A DNA stretch of 64,000 bases from an uncultured Granulicatella sp. (GTDB lineage: Bacteria; Bacillota; Bacilli; Lactobacillales; Aerococcaceae). Below, piece by piece: positions 18,059 to 25,753 of the stretch; positions within the stretch are counted from its first letter, which is position 1, and the number at the start of each line of letters is the position of its first letter. The notes below the pieces were generated by a model. It made no database searches and had not been told where the DNA came from. It saw nothing but the letters and a program-made list of their open reading frames with translations. The translations under genes were made by a program, and so were the position numbers. Location: assembly GCF_963545075.1 (NCBI RefSeq), contig NZ_CAUUHX010000002.1, positions 954 to 64,953 of the forward strand, in the 5' to 3' direction.

Positions 18059-19186
18059 TTACTCCCCAAACGTCAAGCCGCCCTTAATCTTCTCTTCCGC
18101 TATTTTCATCTGCTTTATCAACTCATCGATAATAGCATCATAGCTAAAGTCTTCAATCTTCCAATATTGGTAACAATGGCAATACTTTGCTGCAACGTTA
18201 CCATATTTGCAATAATTATTTCTCATTTTAGAAGTGAGATTTTGCTTTTCGATTTCTTCTGCGAAGTTTCTCTTGAAGTAATTACATTCGTATAATTTCT
18301 CAATCACTACTTTCTCATGATAATTGCCTTCTTGCGAAGCTCCTCCATAAATTCTGAATTGGTCGCCTTCTATTTGTACGCCAATCATCCCAATTTCTTT
18401 TGTTGGATCCCCATCGATTCTTTGTGAGAACACGATACTTAGAGTTGGTTTCTTATGGTTAAAACTGAGTCCACAGACTGGTTTTGCCCAATCTTTGTAA
18501 GGTTTGAATGTTAGTCGTTTATTAATTTCTTCCATGAATTCTGAACCTTTTAGTTTGACATAAATATCTGAATAACGGATTTTTTCTAAGTCTTTGTCTC
18601 CAATAATGTATTCCCCTTTATTTTGCTCCATTTTGCTTTGGAATAAGTCATAGAGTACTTCGATGTCTTCTGCATATTGCTTAATATAGTCTGCAAAATC
18701 CATTGTAGCGTGTTGTTGTTGGATATTTTGAATTCGTGTTGCTATTTCTTGGTAACTTAAGAATGACCATGTACCTAACTCTTGAATATCTAATGAGGCA
18801 TATAAACCTGTTAGTATTCCTGTGATGGCTATGTCTTGTTTTCCTAATTCTTCTTCATATCTCATCAATTGTTCTTTTGTTGGAATGGACTTGATTTTAT
18901 TTTCGATAATGAGTACTTCAGTAATATTGGCTTTGTTTTTATACGTAATCGTTAAATCCACATGTTTCTTTTCTCGTTCGACTGAGACGAATGTACATCC
19001 TTTTTGATAAAAATCAGGGATAAATACTTCGATAAATGGATGTTTTCCTTCTACTTCTTGTTCGAGTAACCATGCCCAAAAATTAGAATGAGATAATTCC
19101 TTCCCACTTAATGAAATCGCAAATAATGGGGAACGATTTAGTCTTTGTAATTGTTCTTCTATGATGCTCGTTGTTTTCTTTTTCAT
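18059..19186 (-). CDS. PD-(D/E)xK nuclease family protein (PDDEXK_4-like N-terminal domain, uncharacterised C-terminal half)
   Basis: The ORF track begins at 19258. The ATG at 19186 (MKKKTTSIIEE) has an AAGGA RBS 9 nt upstream. Motifs: LSHSNFWAWLLEQE, then HVDLTI...VLIIENKIKS (D...ExK). Confidence 0.65.
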   Translation of the reverse strand: MKKKTTSIIEEQLQRLNRSPLFAISLSGKELSHSNFWAWLLEQEVEGKHPFIEVFIPDFYQKGCTFVSVEREKKHVDLTITYKNKANITEVLIIENKIKSIPTKEQLMRYEEELGKQDIAITGILTGLYASLDIQELGTWSFLSYQEIATRIQNIQQQHATMDFADYIKQYAEDIEVLYDLFQSKMEQNKGEYIIGDKDLEKIRYSDIYVKLKGSEFMEEINKRLTFKPYKDWAKPVCGLSFNHKKPTLSIVFSQRIDGDPTKEIGMIGVQIEGDQFRIYGGASQEGNYHEKVVIEKLYECNYFKRNFAEEIEKQNLTSKMRNNYCKYGNVAAKYCHCYQYWKIEDFSYDAIIDELIKQMKIAEEKIKGGLTFGE

Positions 19187-19426
19187 GTTATTATCCTTTA
19201 ACTTTGTTAGTACCTTAACGTTAACATAGTCGATATTTGATTTCAATGCATGATGCAAAGATTAGATTCCAGTAATATTTCTTATTTTCCTCTTTATGAG
19301 TGATGTCAAAGTATGGTTTATAGTTATTATTCAACTAGTACTACAACTTTCCCAAATTTCTTCTGTGCATATTCCGACTATTTACGATACAATAAACGTG
19401 AAAATACCAATGGAGGTAGTGTTAAT

Positions 19427-19615
19427 ATGAAAATAGAAGAATTTGATACTGTTCTTTTAAAAGACGGTCAAACGGCAGCAATTGTAGATAAGTTAAGTGA
19501 AGATACGTTTATAGCTGACATTGGAGACACTCCAGAAAACTGGGATACGATTACTATTACAATCGATGAAATTGAAAAAGTAGTTTATAGAAGTAATAAA
19601 TCTACTGCTAGGTGA
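19427..19615 (+). CDS. DUF4926-like small protein
   Basis: 62 aa from the ATG at 19427, with a GGAGG RBS. MKIEEFDTVLLKDGQTAAIVDKLSEDTFIADIG. The longer ORF-track start at 19313 lacks an RBS. Confidence 0.45.
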   Translation: MKIEEFDTVLLKDGQTAAIVDKLSEDTFIADIGDTPENWDTITITIDEIEKVVYRSNKSTAR

Positions 19616-19833
19616 TAATGATTATGAACAAGAGTGTAAAAGATAATTTAATAATCATTAATGATGATGAATATGTACATTGTCCAGTATGTGGAATTAT
19701 TACTGCGGTATATGATATATGTGATACGTGCCAATGGCAGAATACAGGTGAAACGAATATTGACGGAGGTCCTAATATTATGACTTTAGCGGAAGCTAAA
19801 GAAGCATACACAAAAGGCTTACCGATAACATAA
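19612..19833 (+). CDS. CPCC-family cysteine-rich protein
   Basis: About 70 aa. CPVCG...CDTCQWQN...GGPNIMTLAEAKEAY matches the CPCC pattern. Overlaps the stop of the upstream ORF. The true start may be the ATG at 19618 or 19624. Confidence 0.6.
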   Translation: MIMIMNKSVKDNLIIINDDEYVHCPVCGIITAVYDICDTCQWQNTGETNIDGGPNIMTLAEAKEAYTKGLPIT

Positions 19834-19866
19834 ACAAGCCCCTAGTTGATTCTAGGAGCTTGTTTT
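19832..19866 (+). repeat. Hairpin AAACAAGCCCCTAG-N6-CTAGGAGCTTGTTTT (terminator of the CPCC gene); copy 1 of 2
   Basis: Its arms are identical to the hairpin at 21006-21038; only the 6-nt loop differs. Confidence 0.7.
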
Positions 19867-19957
19867 ATATATAATCCATTTTTTATTTAACAGTATTTAC
19901 CTTTATTGCTACCAGTAGCATTAGTATGATTCATTTTGTTTCTTCTTTTCTTTCAAT

Positions 19958-20260
19958 CTAAAATACCCATAAATTAAATATTAAAACTAAATGAAGCAGC
20001 AATCTAATAATATGATGCGACATATGTACTTTCTTAAGACTTTCCTTTCTATCCACATAAAACATGAACGAAATCAATAACAACAAACAGGAAATTGCTA
20101 CTTTAATAATGATATTAGTATAAAAGAGATGAATCCCTGCAAAGAATGTTAACAATACAACTAGTAGAATTGAAGGAATAGATATTCCTAACTCATTTTT
20201 ATAAGCAAAAAATGCTAACATACATAACATTAAACTGTAGACACAAAGTGTGATGTTCAT
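19958..20260 (-). CDS. Small polytopic membrane protein (about 3-4 TM), unknown function
   Basis: 100 aa, very hydrophobic, with a strong GGAGGT RBS 9 nt upstream of the ATG. Lies 51 nt downstream of the orphan AbiEi. Confidence 0.6.
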   Translation of the reverse strand: MNITLCVYSLMLCMLAFFAYKNELGISIPSILLVVLLTFFAGIHLFYTNIIIKVAISCLLLLISFMFYVDRKESLKKVHMSHHIIRLLLHLVLIFNLWVF

Positions 20261-20311
20261 AACTACTTACCTCCATTTTTTCAATAATTTTCAAGATTTG
20301 TTCTGATGTCT

Positions 20312-20911
20312 TCATAACAACACCTCGGTATAAGCTCTTAACTCATTTTCCATTCCTAGTTGCATAGCATAAGTTGATAAACGTAAAATATTTTTATCTT
20401 TACTTGAAAAGTAGGTTTTTATGCTTTCAGTAAACACTTGGGTATCCACTCTATCTTTGTCTTTTATAAGATCCAATATCGTACGTTCTTTATCATATAC
20501 TACAATTTCTCTACCAAATGGACTAAGGGAAGTGCTTTTTCCAATTTTATAAAATTCTTTATTAACATACTTGAATAGTATATTACTTTTTACTGATTTT
20601 ACACGACTGACATTATCCCCTACGGCTACTGTCATAACATAACTGAATGGCAATCTTGTAGTAAATCCATGTAAATAAGCTGCGGTTTCATGAGAAAATA
20701 TTCCTTTCGGAATTCGATGTGTAAAGTATAAATATTCATCAATACTTTCTCCAGGAAGTCCATATAGTCCATTAGCAATTTTTTCCAGTTCTTCTTTAAT
20801 AACCATATTTTTTAATACGTCTTTATGAATACCATACTCAATAACTTGTTTAGTAGTAATGACTCCATTGTTTTTCTTTATTTTTTCAAGTAATAATTCT
20901 TTTTTACTCAT
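20312..20911 (-). CDS. AbiEi-family antitoxin-like regulator, with no AbiEii partner
   Basis: 199 aa. KKNNGVITTKQVIEYGIHKDVLKNMVIKEELEKIANGLYGLP. Collinear with the ORF at 787-1377, including the C-terminal EVLL. Confidence 0.75.
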   Translation of the reverse strand: MSKKELLLEKIKKNNGVITTKQVIEYGIHKDVLKNMVIKEELEKIANGLYGLPGESIDEYLYFTHRIPKGIFSHETAAYLHGFTTRLPFSYVMTVAVGDNVSRVKSVKSNILFKYVNKEFYKIGKSTSLSPFGREIVVYDKERTILDLIKDKDRVDTQVFTESIKTYFSSKDKNILRLSTYAMQLGMENELRAYTEVLL

Positions 20912-20931
20912 ACTGACACCACCTTTTCGTG

Positions 20932-20953
20932 CTTAAAATATACTGTTTTTAAG
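20932..20953 (-). promoter_or_regulatory. Inverted repeat CTTAAAA-N8-TTTTAAG upstream of the orphan AbiEi
   Basis: 7-bp arms, 21-42 nt upstream of the start codon. Analogous in position to the inverted repeat at 1413-1441. Confidence 0.35.
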
Positions 20954-21005
20954 AACAAAAGTCAAGAGTTAATACTAATAATTTCCTCAAAGAACTTTAT
21001 AGTGC

Positions 21006-21038
21006 AAACAAGCCCCTAGCACTTACTAGGAGCTTATG
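21006..21038 (+). repeat. Hairpin AAACAAGCCCCTAG-N6-CTAGGAGCTTATGG; copy 2 of 2
   Basis: Direct repeat of 19832-19866. Together they bracket the AbiEi + membrane-protein module. Confidence 0.7.
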
Positions 21039-21059
21039 GTTGTCATATTACTATTATTC

Positions 21060-21668
21060 TCATTCAAATTCAACATAATGGATTTCTGAGTTTTCGTTTC
21101 GGAATGTTTCGCCTTTTGGAATTTCTTTTGTATCTTTCTTGAAGGCTATCCATGCCATTCCTTTTTCAGATAAGAATACCATGCTTCCATCATAGTCATA
21201 TTCATTATGATGCTGTAAGTCAATCAAACGAAAAGGTGTTTTGTAGCGTCCTGATTCAGTTTCAGTTGCTGAATAACTCATGAATCCAAGGTGATTTTGT
21301 TGAATAAATCCTGTGCTTGCATATCCATAGACCCAATCATATTTCTTCTCTTCTTGATTAACATGGTAAATGGTTCCACTCTTCAAATCTGTTCCTAGTG
21401 AAACATATAATTCGTGCTTATCAATCAATAATTGATTTAAATGCTCTGTTGCACTTTGATGCGTCAAGGTCACTTTCTTGTCCCCATTCTTCCTATCATA
21501 TTGAACAACTTCTGAATGGTTATTGGTTGCATCATAGCGAATATAATAGAGTTTTCCATCGAAAAGAATCGGTGAAAATGTGTTTTGATCAATGACTTGC
21601 TCTTTCATCGTTGTTGGTTCCAATAGATGAAGAGTATTTGAAGAAGTATCTTTTTTACTATCCTTCAC
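21060..21668 (-). CDS. Hypothetical protein; possibly the 3' part of a disrupted lipoprotein gene
   Basis: 202 aa. GTG start without a recognisable RBS, 11 nt after the stop of the upstream ORF and in another frame. Shares a DGKLY-type repeat with that ORF. Confidence 0.4.
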   Translation of the reverse strand: MKDSKKDTSSNTLHLLEPTTMKEQVIDQNTFSPILFDGKLYYIRYDATNNHSEVVQYDRKNGDKKVTLTHQSATEHLNQLLIDKHELYVSLGTDLKSGTIYHVNQEEKKYDWVYGYASTGFIQQNHLGFMSYSATETESGRYKTPFRLIDLQHHNEYDYDGSMVFLSEKGMAWIAFKKDTKEIPKGETFRNENSEIHYVEFE

Positions 21669-21679
21669 AATATTAAATA

Positions 21680-22126
21680 CTAACTGTGCATCTTCGGTTT
21701 TGAGTCATTAAATTCTTCAAAAAATACCCAATTCTTATCGACTGCTCGAACCCATTGCTGGGAAACTGTTGCATCGCTCACTTCATGAACTAACTGATGC
21801 TGATTTGTTTTTAAATCAATTTCTAAAATTCCAACATGATCCACACTTCCGTATAATTTTCCATCCTCTGACAACACTTGCGGAATAAAGTCTGGATACT
21901 CGTCAGCATATTGAGCGACTACACTCTTGTCCTTAAACGTTTCATTAAATGAAACAGTATTAAACTGATTACTTCCCTTTCCTAATTGAAAATTAGTGGA
22001 TTTACTTTGTTCCACTGTAGTAATACTTTCTTGAACCGTTGTTTCTTGTGTATTATTTTGCTGACCACAAGAAGCTAAACAAATACTTAACAATACAATA
22101 CTTACGACTCTACATTTTCCTAACAT
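21680..22126 (-). CDS. Lipoprotein (possibly a truncated 5' part of a longer gene)
   Basis: 148 aa. Signal peptide plus lipobox LLSICLASCGQQ. Confidence 0.55.
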   Translation of the reverse strand: MLGKCRVVSIVLLSICLASCGQQNNTQETTVQESITTVEQSKSTNFQLGKGSNQFNTVSFNETFKDKSVVAQYADEYPDFIPQVLSEDGKLYGSVDHVGILEIDLKTNQHQLVHEVSDATVSQQWVRAVDKNWVFFEEFNDSKPKMHS

Positions 22127-22183
22127 AAAGATTCCCCCAATTACTGTTAAATATATGAACGTGACACAATCATTCTACCCTCC

Positions 22184-22372
22184 TTAACTTTTTTGATTTC
22201 TAATTCCGAAAATAACGGAGATGATGCAAAGAATAACACCTACAACAAACATAGGGATTTCAAAATTCTTAACTTCTTCAATAAAAGGAATAACATACAT
22301 ACTTAATTCAATACAGATGACACCTACTAAAATGGAAATTCCCAATAATATCTTTTGCTCTTTTCTCATCAT
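22184..22372 (-). CDS. Small membrane protein (2 TM)
   Basis: 62 aa, with two hydrophobic segments. Coding status uncertain. Confidence 0.35.
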   Translation of the reverse strand: MMRKEQKILLGISILVGVICIELSMYVIPFIEEVKNFEIPMFVVGVILCIISVIFGIRNQKS

Positions 22373-22554
22373 TATCTCCTACTCTCAAAATGTTATCGTT
22401 TTCAAAGATAGTATACTACTTATTTCAATAAGAAAAAAGACTTTTCTCCGTAGCATTGAAGAATAATGCCTAAAAACTTAAAGAAGCAGTTGTCAAAACA
22501 ATAAACAGATTTATTTTTCTCTGATATAATGAAGTTATAAAACTTTAGTAAAGG

Positions 22555-23079
22555 ATGATATTTATGAATATACCATTCGCCTCTTCTGATTTAAAACATA
22601 ATTATACGCTTCCGAAAAATCATATTGCCTATTTCATACATCTGTTTGTAAGCTCTATACCAGAGTCAATTATTGTTTCCGAATCACATTCTATATTGAA
22701 TCACGACCCACAATTATTATTGAAAATGATTCTATTTGCCTATCATCGTGATACGTTTAGTGGGAAAGAAATTGTAATATTAAACGAAGATAATTTACCA
22801 ATGATGTGTCTTTCTCAACAAACAGATATCTCTTATGAGGAGTTCAATGCTTTTAGAAAAAATGAATATTATTCTGACCTAATTAAACAAGTTTTTATCC
22901 TTTTGAACTTATTACTTCAAGAGCATCCAAACTTACAAGATGAAGAAATTCCAGAATTACTCAAATGGAATCATGCGATTGAAAATTATGATAAAGCTTT
23001 GTATGAAAAAATGAGTCAAGACTATGATCAAATCATTCAAAAACAAGTAGATATTGCAATAGAAAAAGAACAAGTCTAG
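22555..23079 (+). pseudogene. Truncated transposase, N-terminal (DUF772/IS1182-like) domain only
   Basis: 174 aa. LPKNHIAYFIHLFV...HDPQLLLKMILFAYHRDTFSGKEI...ISYEEFNAFRKN resembles the IS1182/IS5 N-terminal domain. No DDE catalytic region follows. Confidence 0.5.
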
Positions 23080-23112
23080 CATTACATTTTTCATGGATAT
23101 TCAAAATAAAAT

Positions 23113-23169
23113 GACTTTTCCCTATAGCACAAACTGACCAAAGTCTAAATGCTAGAACAGAGAAAAGTC
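23113..23169 (+). repeat. Palindromic element, mini form (termini only)
   Basis: GACTTTTCCCTATAGCAC...TGCTAGAACAGAGAAAAGTC. Ends 9 nt from the sdpI stop codon. Confidence 0.6.
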
Positions 23170-23178
23170 ATTCATCAT

Positions 23179-23835
23179 TTATTTGCTAGTTTTATATGAA
23201 TACACTGCAGTAATGCCGATTGTTAGCACTAAAACGATACTCACAAGAATCATTACTAATTGATTCAATACAAATAACGAAATTACAATAAAGATTACAC
23301 CAGAAATCGTACTCGCAAATCCGAAGAATCGTTGTGTTTTACGAAATGCTTCATCATTGTTCATAATCCATGGCACACGGAAACCAAAGTGCTTATTCGT
23401 TTCTTTAATTTTAGGACTAACATTTCCAATGAATATCATAAACACTCCAATTAGAAATGCCATCAAACGTCCCATTTGGGATACCATACTATACCCCGTT
23501 AAAATTAAGAAAAATTGGAAAAAGGCGATAGCGTTAAACAATAGTAATGTAACTCTAAAAATATAACGGCTAATTTCCTTGTTTTGACTTCCGACCAATC
23601 CTTTACAATCAATCCATTTGATCAAGCCAGATAATAATAAAATGAAGATTGGTAAGATTAAAATCGTCCAACGGGAAGCTGTTGCAACAACATTTCCTTC
23701 TAAGTCAAAACGAGATACGATAGTCTCAGGTGCATACCAAACAACGCATAAAGCAAGTGAAATAGGTAAAAACGTCAAAATGACATCTAATAAATAAATC
23801 TTTCTTTGTTCTACTAACATATTAATTTCCTCCAA
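23179..23835 (-). CDS. sdpI: SdpI-family membrane immunity/signal protein (DUF1648 + SdpI)
   Basis: 218 aa, polytopic. Overlaps the ArsR-type regulator gene by 14 nt, the classical sdpR-sdpI arrangement. Confidence 0.65.
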   Translation of the reverse strand: MEEINMLVEQRKIYLLDVILTFLPISLALCVVWYAPETIVSRFDLEGNVVATASRWTILILPIFILLLSGLIKWIDCKGLVGSQNKEISRYIFRVTLLLFNAIAFFQFFLILTGYSMVSQMGRLMAFLIGVFMIFIGNVSPKIKETNKHFGFRVPWIMNNDEAFRKTQRFFGFASTISGVIFIVISLFVLNQLVMILVSIVLVLTIGITAVYSYKTSK

Positions 23836-24088
23836 TAATTGAATTCATCCAAACAATTGCCTCTTCTAAAACGGTTAAATTTAATTCATAATATATGAAG
23901 TTTTTTTCCTTTGTTTCATAAATTAAATCCGCCTGTTTTAACTTCTTTAAATGATACGACAATGCTTGCGGTGTGATTTGTAAGCTATTTGCTAAGTCTC
24001 CAGTATTCGTTCGCCCCTGTCGTAAAATTTCTAAAATCTTGCGACGGTTTTCATCCGATAATGCAGACAAAATATCATTAACTGACAT
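23822..24088 (-). CDS. sdpR: ArsR/SdpR-family autorepressor
   Basis: 88 aa. LSDENRRKILEIL...TGDLANSLQITPQALSYHLKKLKQADLI is an ArsR-type wHTH. Confidence 0.8.
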   Translation of the reverse strand: MSVNDILSALSDENRRKILEILRQGRTNTGDLANSLQITPQALSYHLKKLKQADLIYETKEKNFIYYELNLTVLEEAIVWMNSIIGGN

Positions 24089-24102
24089 ATACTCATCTCT
24101 TT

Positions 24103-24182
24103 CTATTTAAAATTTTCTTTAAATAGATAATACTCCTACTGTAACTAAAATGCAAGAGTTATTTAAAAATATTTTTAAATAG
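24103..24182. promoter_or_regulatory. Two copies of the palindromic operator YTATTTAAA-N6-TTTAAATAG upstream of sdpR
   Basis: CTATTTAAA/TTTAAATAG at 24103-24126 and TTATTTAAA/TTTAAATAG at 24159-24182, 15-94 nt upstream of the sdpR start. Confidence 0.55.
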
Positions 24183-24202
24183 ATGTTCTATTTTTAGGCA
24201 AT

Positions 24203-24236
24203 AAAAAAACACCGGTGTTTTAAGTCCGGTGTTTTA
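24203..24236 (-). terminator. Terminator after the Abi_2 gene
   Basis: Minus strand: ACACCGG-N10-CCGGTGT followed by T7. Confidence 0.65.
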
Positions 24237-24319
24237 GATAAGTTCCGAAAAACTTTATCGCTATTAGTGTATTTATATTAACAAAAAAAAACTTTATTTA
24301 CAAGTAAAACTATTAATCT

Positions 24320-25297
24320 TTACAAATTATTTAACAATTGATTAATTTTCGACAAACTATCAACTCCAAGAATTAAATGAACATTATGAGGATCTTTAAT
24401 CGATTGAGAATAATCTTTAATTATTTTTTTATAACGACTAATAAAATTCTTTATTTCTTTTTTTGAAAATCTAAGTATTTTCAGATAGTACGCAATGAGT
24501 ATAATATAATCAGTAATTGTAGTAAAATTAATATTCTTCACCTTAGTATGTTTTTCTAGATGTGTAATTACCATATTTTTAATTTTAAAAGTATTAAAAC
24601 GACAATCAAAAACAACATTATTATGAGCAATTGCGTTACGCAAATCTTTTAAAATAAAGATATGCTTTGATAGCAATTCCACTTTTGTATCCAAACTAGT
24701 ATCCGAACAGCCTATATCTTGTTGAATTTTTAATCTAGTATTATTATTCAATCTCTCAATTATACTCCCTAAATCCCCCATTGTCGTATGTTCAAAAATA
24801 GCCCAAATGGGTATTGGTTTATTTTGATGTACATAATGTTGAATAATAGAACTTTTAGTATAATTATTTGCTATCGTACCTTCTAAATTACGACGAAGAT
24901 TTAAAAATTTTGCCATTTCCTTCTTATATTCTACAGAATTTTTAGAAAAATCATCAAAATGATTAAGTTTCTCTTTAAATATTGAATCCATATCTATTGC
25001 TGAATCTGTAACCAAAACTTCAAGGATATAATTAGAAATGGCGGTTTCAATTTTCATTACTTCTGAGTATAATAACGACTTTAAGGCATTATCAAAATTA
25101 TAGGTTCCCCTAATTTCATCAAATGTAGTAAAACTTAACGGATTATTCTTTTTATGAACAAATTTATAAGCTTTATATCCATGAAAATAACCAATATTTC
25201 TTAGAGTTCTTTTATGCTTACTACCATTTATTAAAACGTTATGATTATTTCTAATATGTCTCATCAAGCCATCAATACTTTTCCCTTTTTCTCCCAT
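24320..25297 (-). CDS. Abi_2 (AbiD/AbiF-like) abortive infection protein
   Basis: 325 aa. LMRHIRNNHNVLINGSKHKRTLRNIGYFHGYKAYKF and LKDLRNAIAHNN are characteristic of the Abi_2 family. Confidence 0.75.
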   Translation of the reverse strand: MGEKGKSIDGLMRHIRNNHNVLINGSKHKRTLRNIGYFHGYKAYKFVHKKNNPLSFTTFDEIRGTYNFDNALKSLLYSEVMKIETAISNYILEVLVTDSAIDMDSIFKEKLNHFDDFSKNSVEYKKEMAKFLNLRRNLEGTIANNYTKSSIIQHYVHQNKPIPIWAIFEHTTMGDLGSIIERLNNNTRLKIQQDIGCSDTSLDTKVELLSKHIFILKDLRNAIAHNNVVFDCRFNTFKIKNMVITHLEKHTKVKNINFTTITDYIILIAYYLKILRFSKKEIKNFISRYKKIIKDYSQSIKDPHNVHLILGVDSLSKINQLLNNL

Positions 25298-25454
25298 ACT
25301 TCCTCCTTCCTACCTTTCTCTATCCAGAAAAGCTTTAAATCAAAACCTTATTTATTTCATTATAACATAACAATTTCATACTATTCACTAGAAAGTGTTT
25401 TTTTACTATTATTAATTTTTCAAATAATCAATCTTGTTAGAATATAATACAAAT

Positions 25455-25510
25455 GACTTTTTACCATAGTTTTAGCAATGAAATTCGCTTTAGCGAAGCT
25501 GATAACGTAA
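25455..25510 (+). repeat. Palindromic element, partial copy (left terminus + H3 region)
   Basis: GACTTTTTACCATAGT-TTTAGCAATGAAA-TTCGCT/AGCGAA-GCTG. The right terminus is missing. Confidence 0.5.
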
Positions 25511-25537
25511 TTTCATTAATGAATGAAAACACAAAAA

Positions 25538-25568
25538 ACTTTCCACTGTAGCACGAGTAAAAGAAGTC
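25538..25568 (+). repeat. Palindromic element, mini form
   Basis: AACTTTCCACTGTAGCAC-GAGTAAAAGAAGTC (termini only). Confidence 0.4.
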
Positions 25569-25608
25569 ATCTATACGCCAATTCATAAAAGAATGGCAAA
25601 ACACAAAT

Positions 25609-25743
25609 AACTTTTTACCGTAGTATCAGTAATATAAGCCTTTCAGGCTTATATTACAGGAAAACTTGAGACCTTAGGCTCAAGTTTTAGCAATGAGATT
25701 CGCTCTAGCGAAGCTGCTTGCGTCCATACTACAGTAAAAAGTC
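25609..25743 (+). repeat. Palindromic element, long form (termini + H1 + H2 + H3)
   Basis: Termini AACTTTTTACCGTAGTAT / ATACTACAGTAAAAAGT. H1 ATATAAGCC-TTTC-AGGCTTATAT, H2 CTTGAGACCTTAGGCTCAAG, core AGCAATGAGA, H3 TTCGCT/AGCGAA, then GCTGCTTGCGTCC. Ends 10 nt from the lepA stop. Confidence 0.75.
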
Positions 25744-25753
25744 ATTTAAAAAA

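Larger units (their letters stand above)
22439..23169 (+). mobile_element. Decayed IS remnant whose ends resemble the termini of the palindromic repeat family
   Basis: Left end GACTTTTCTCCGTAGCA (22439-22455) and right end TGCTAGAACAGAGAAAAGTC (23150-23169) are inverted and flank a truncated transposase ORF. Confidence 0.4.

Noticed and set aside
25609-25743. Repeat core as a self-cleaving ribozyme (hammerhead, twister or pistol)
   Set aside because: The conserved single-stranded segments (AGGAAA, TTAGGCATGAGA, GCTGCTGCCGTCC) do not contain the hammerhead CUGAUGA...GAAA core. I could not map twister or pistol consensus positions. The resemblance of H2 (TTAAGCCTAAGG) to part of the pistol motif is too short to trust.
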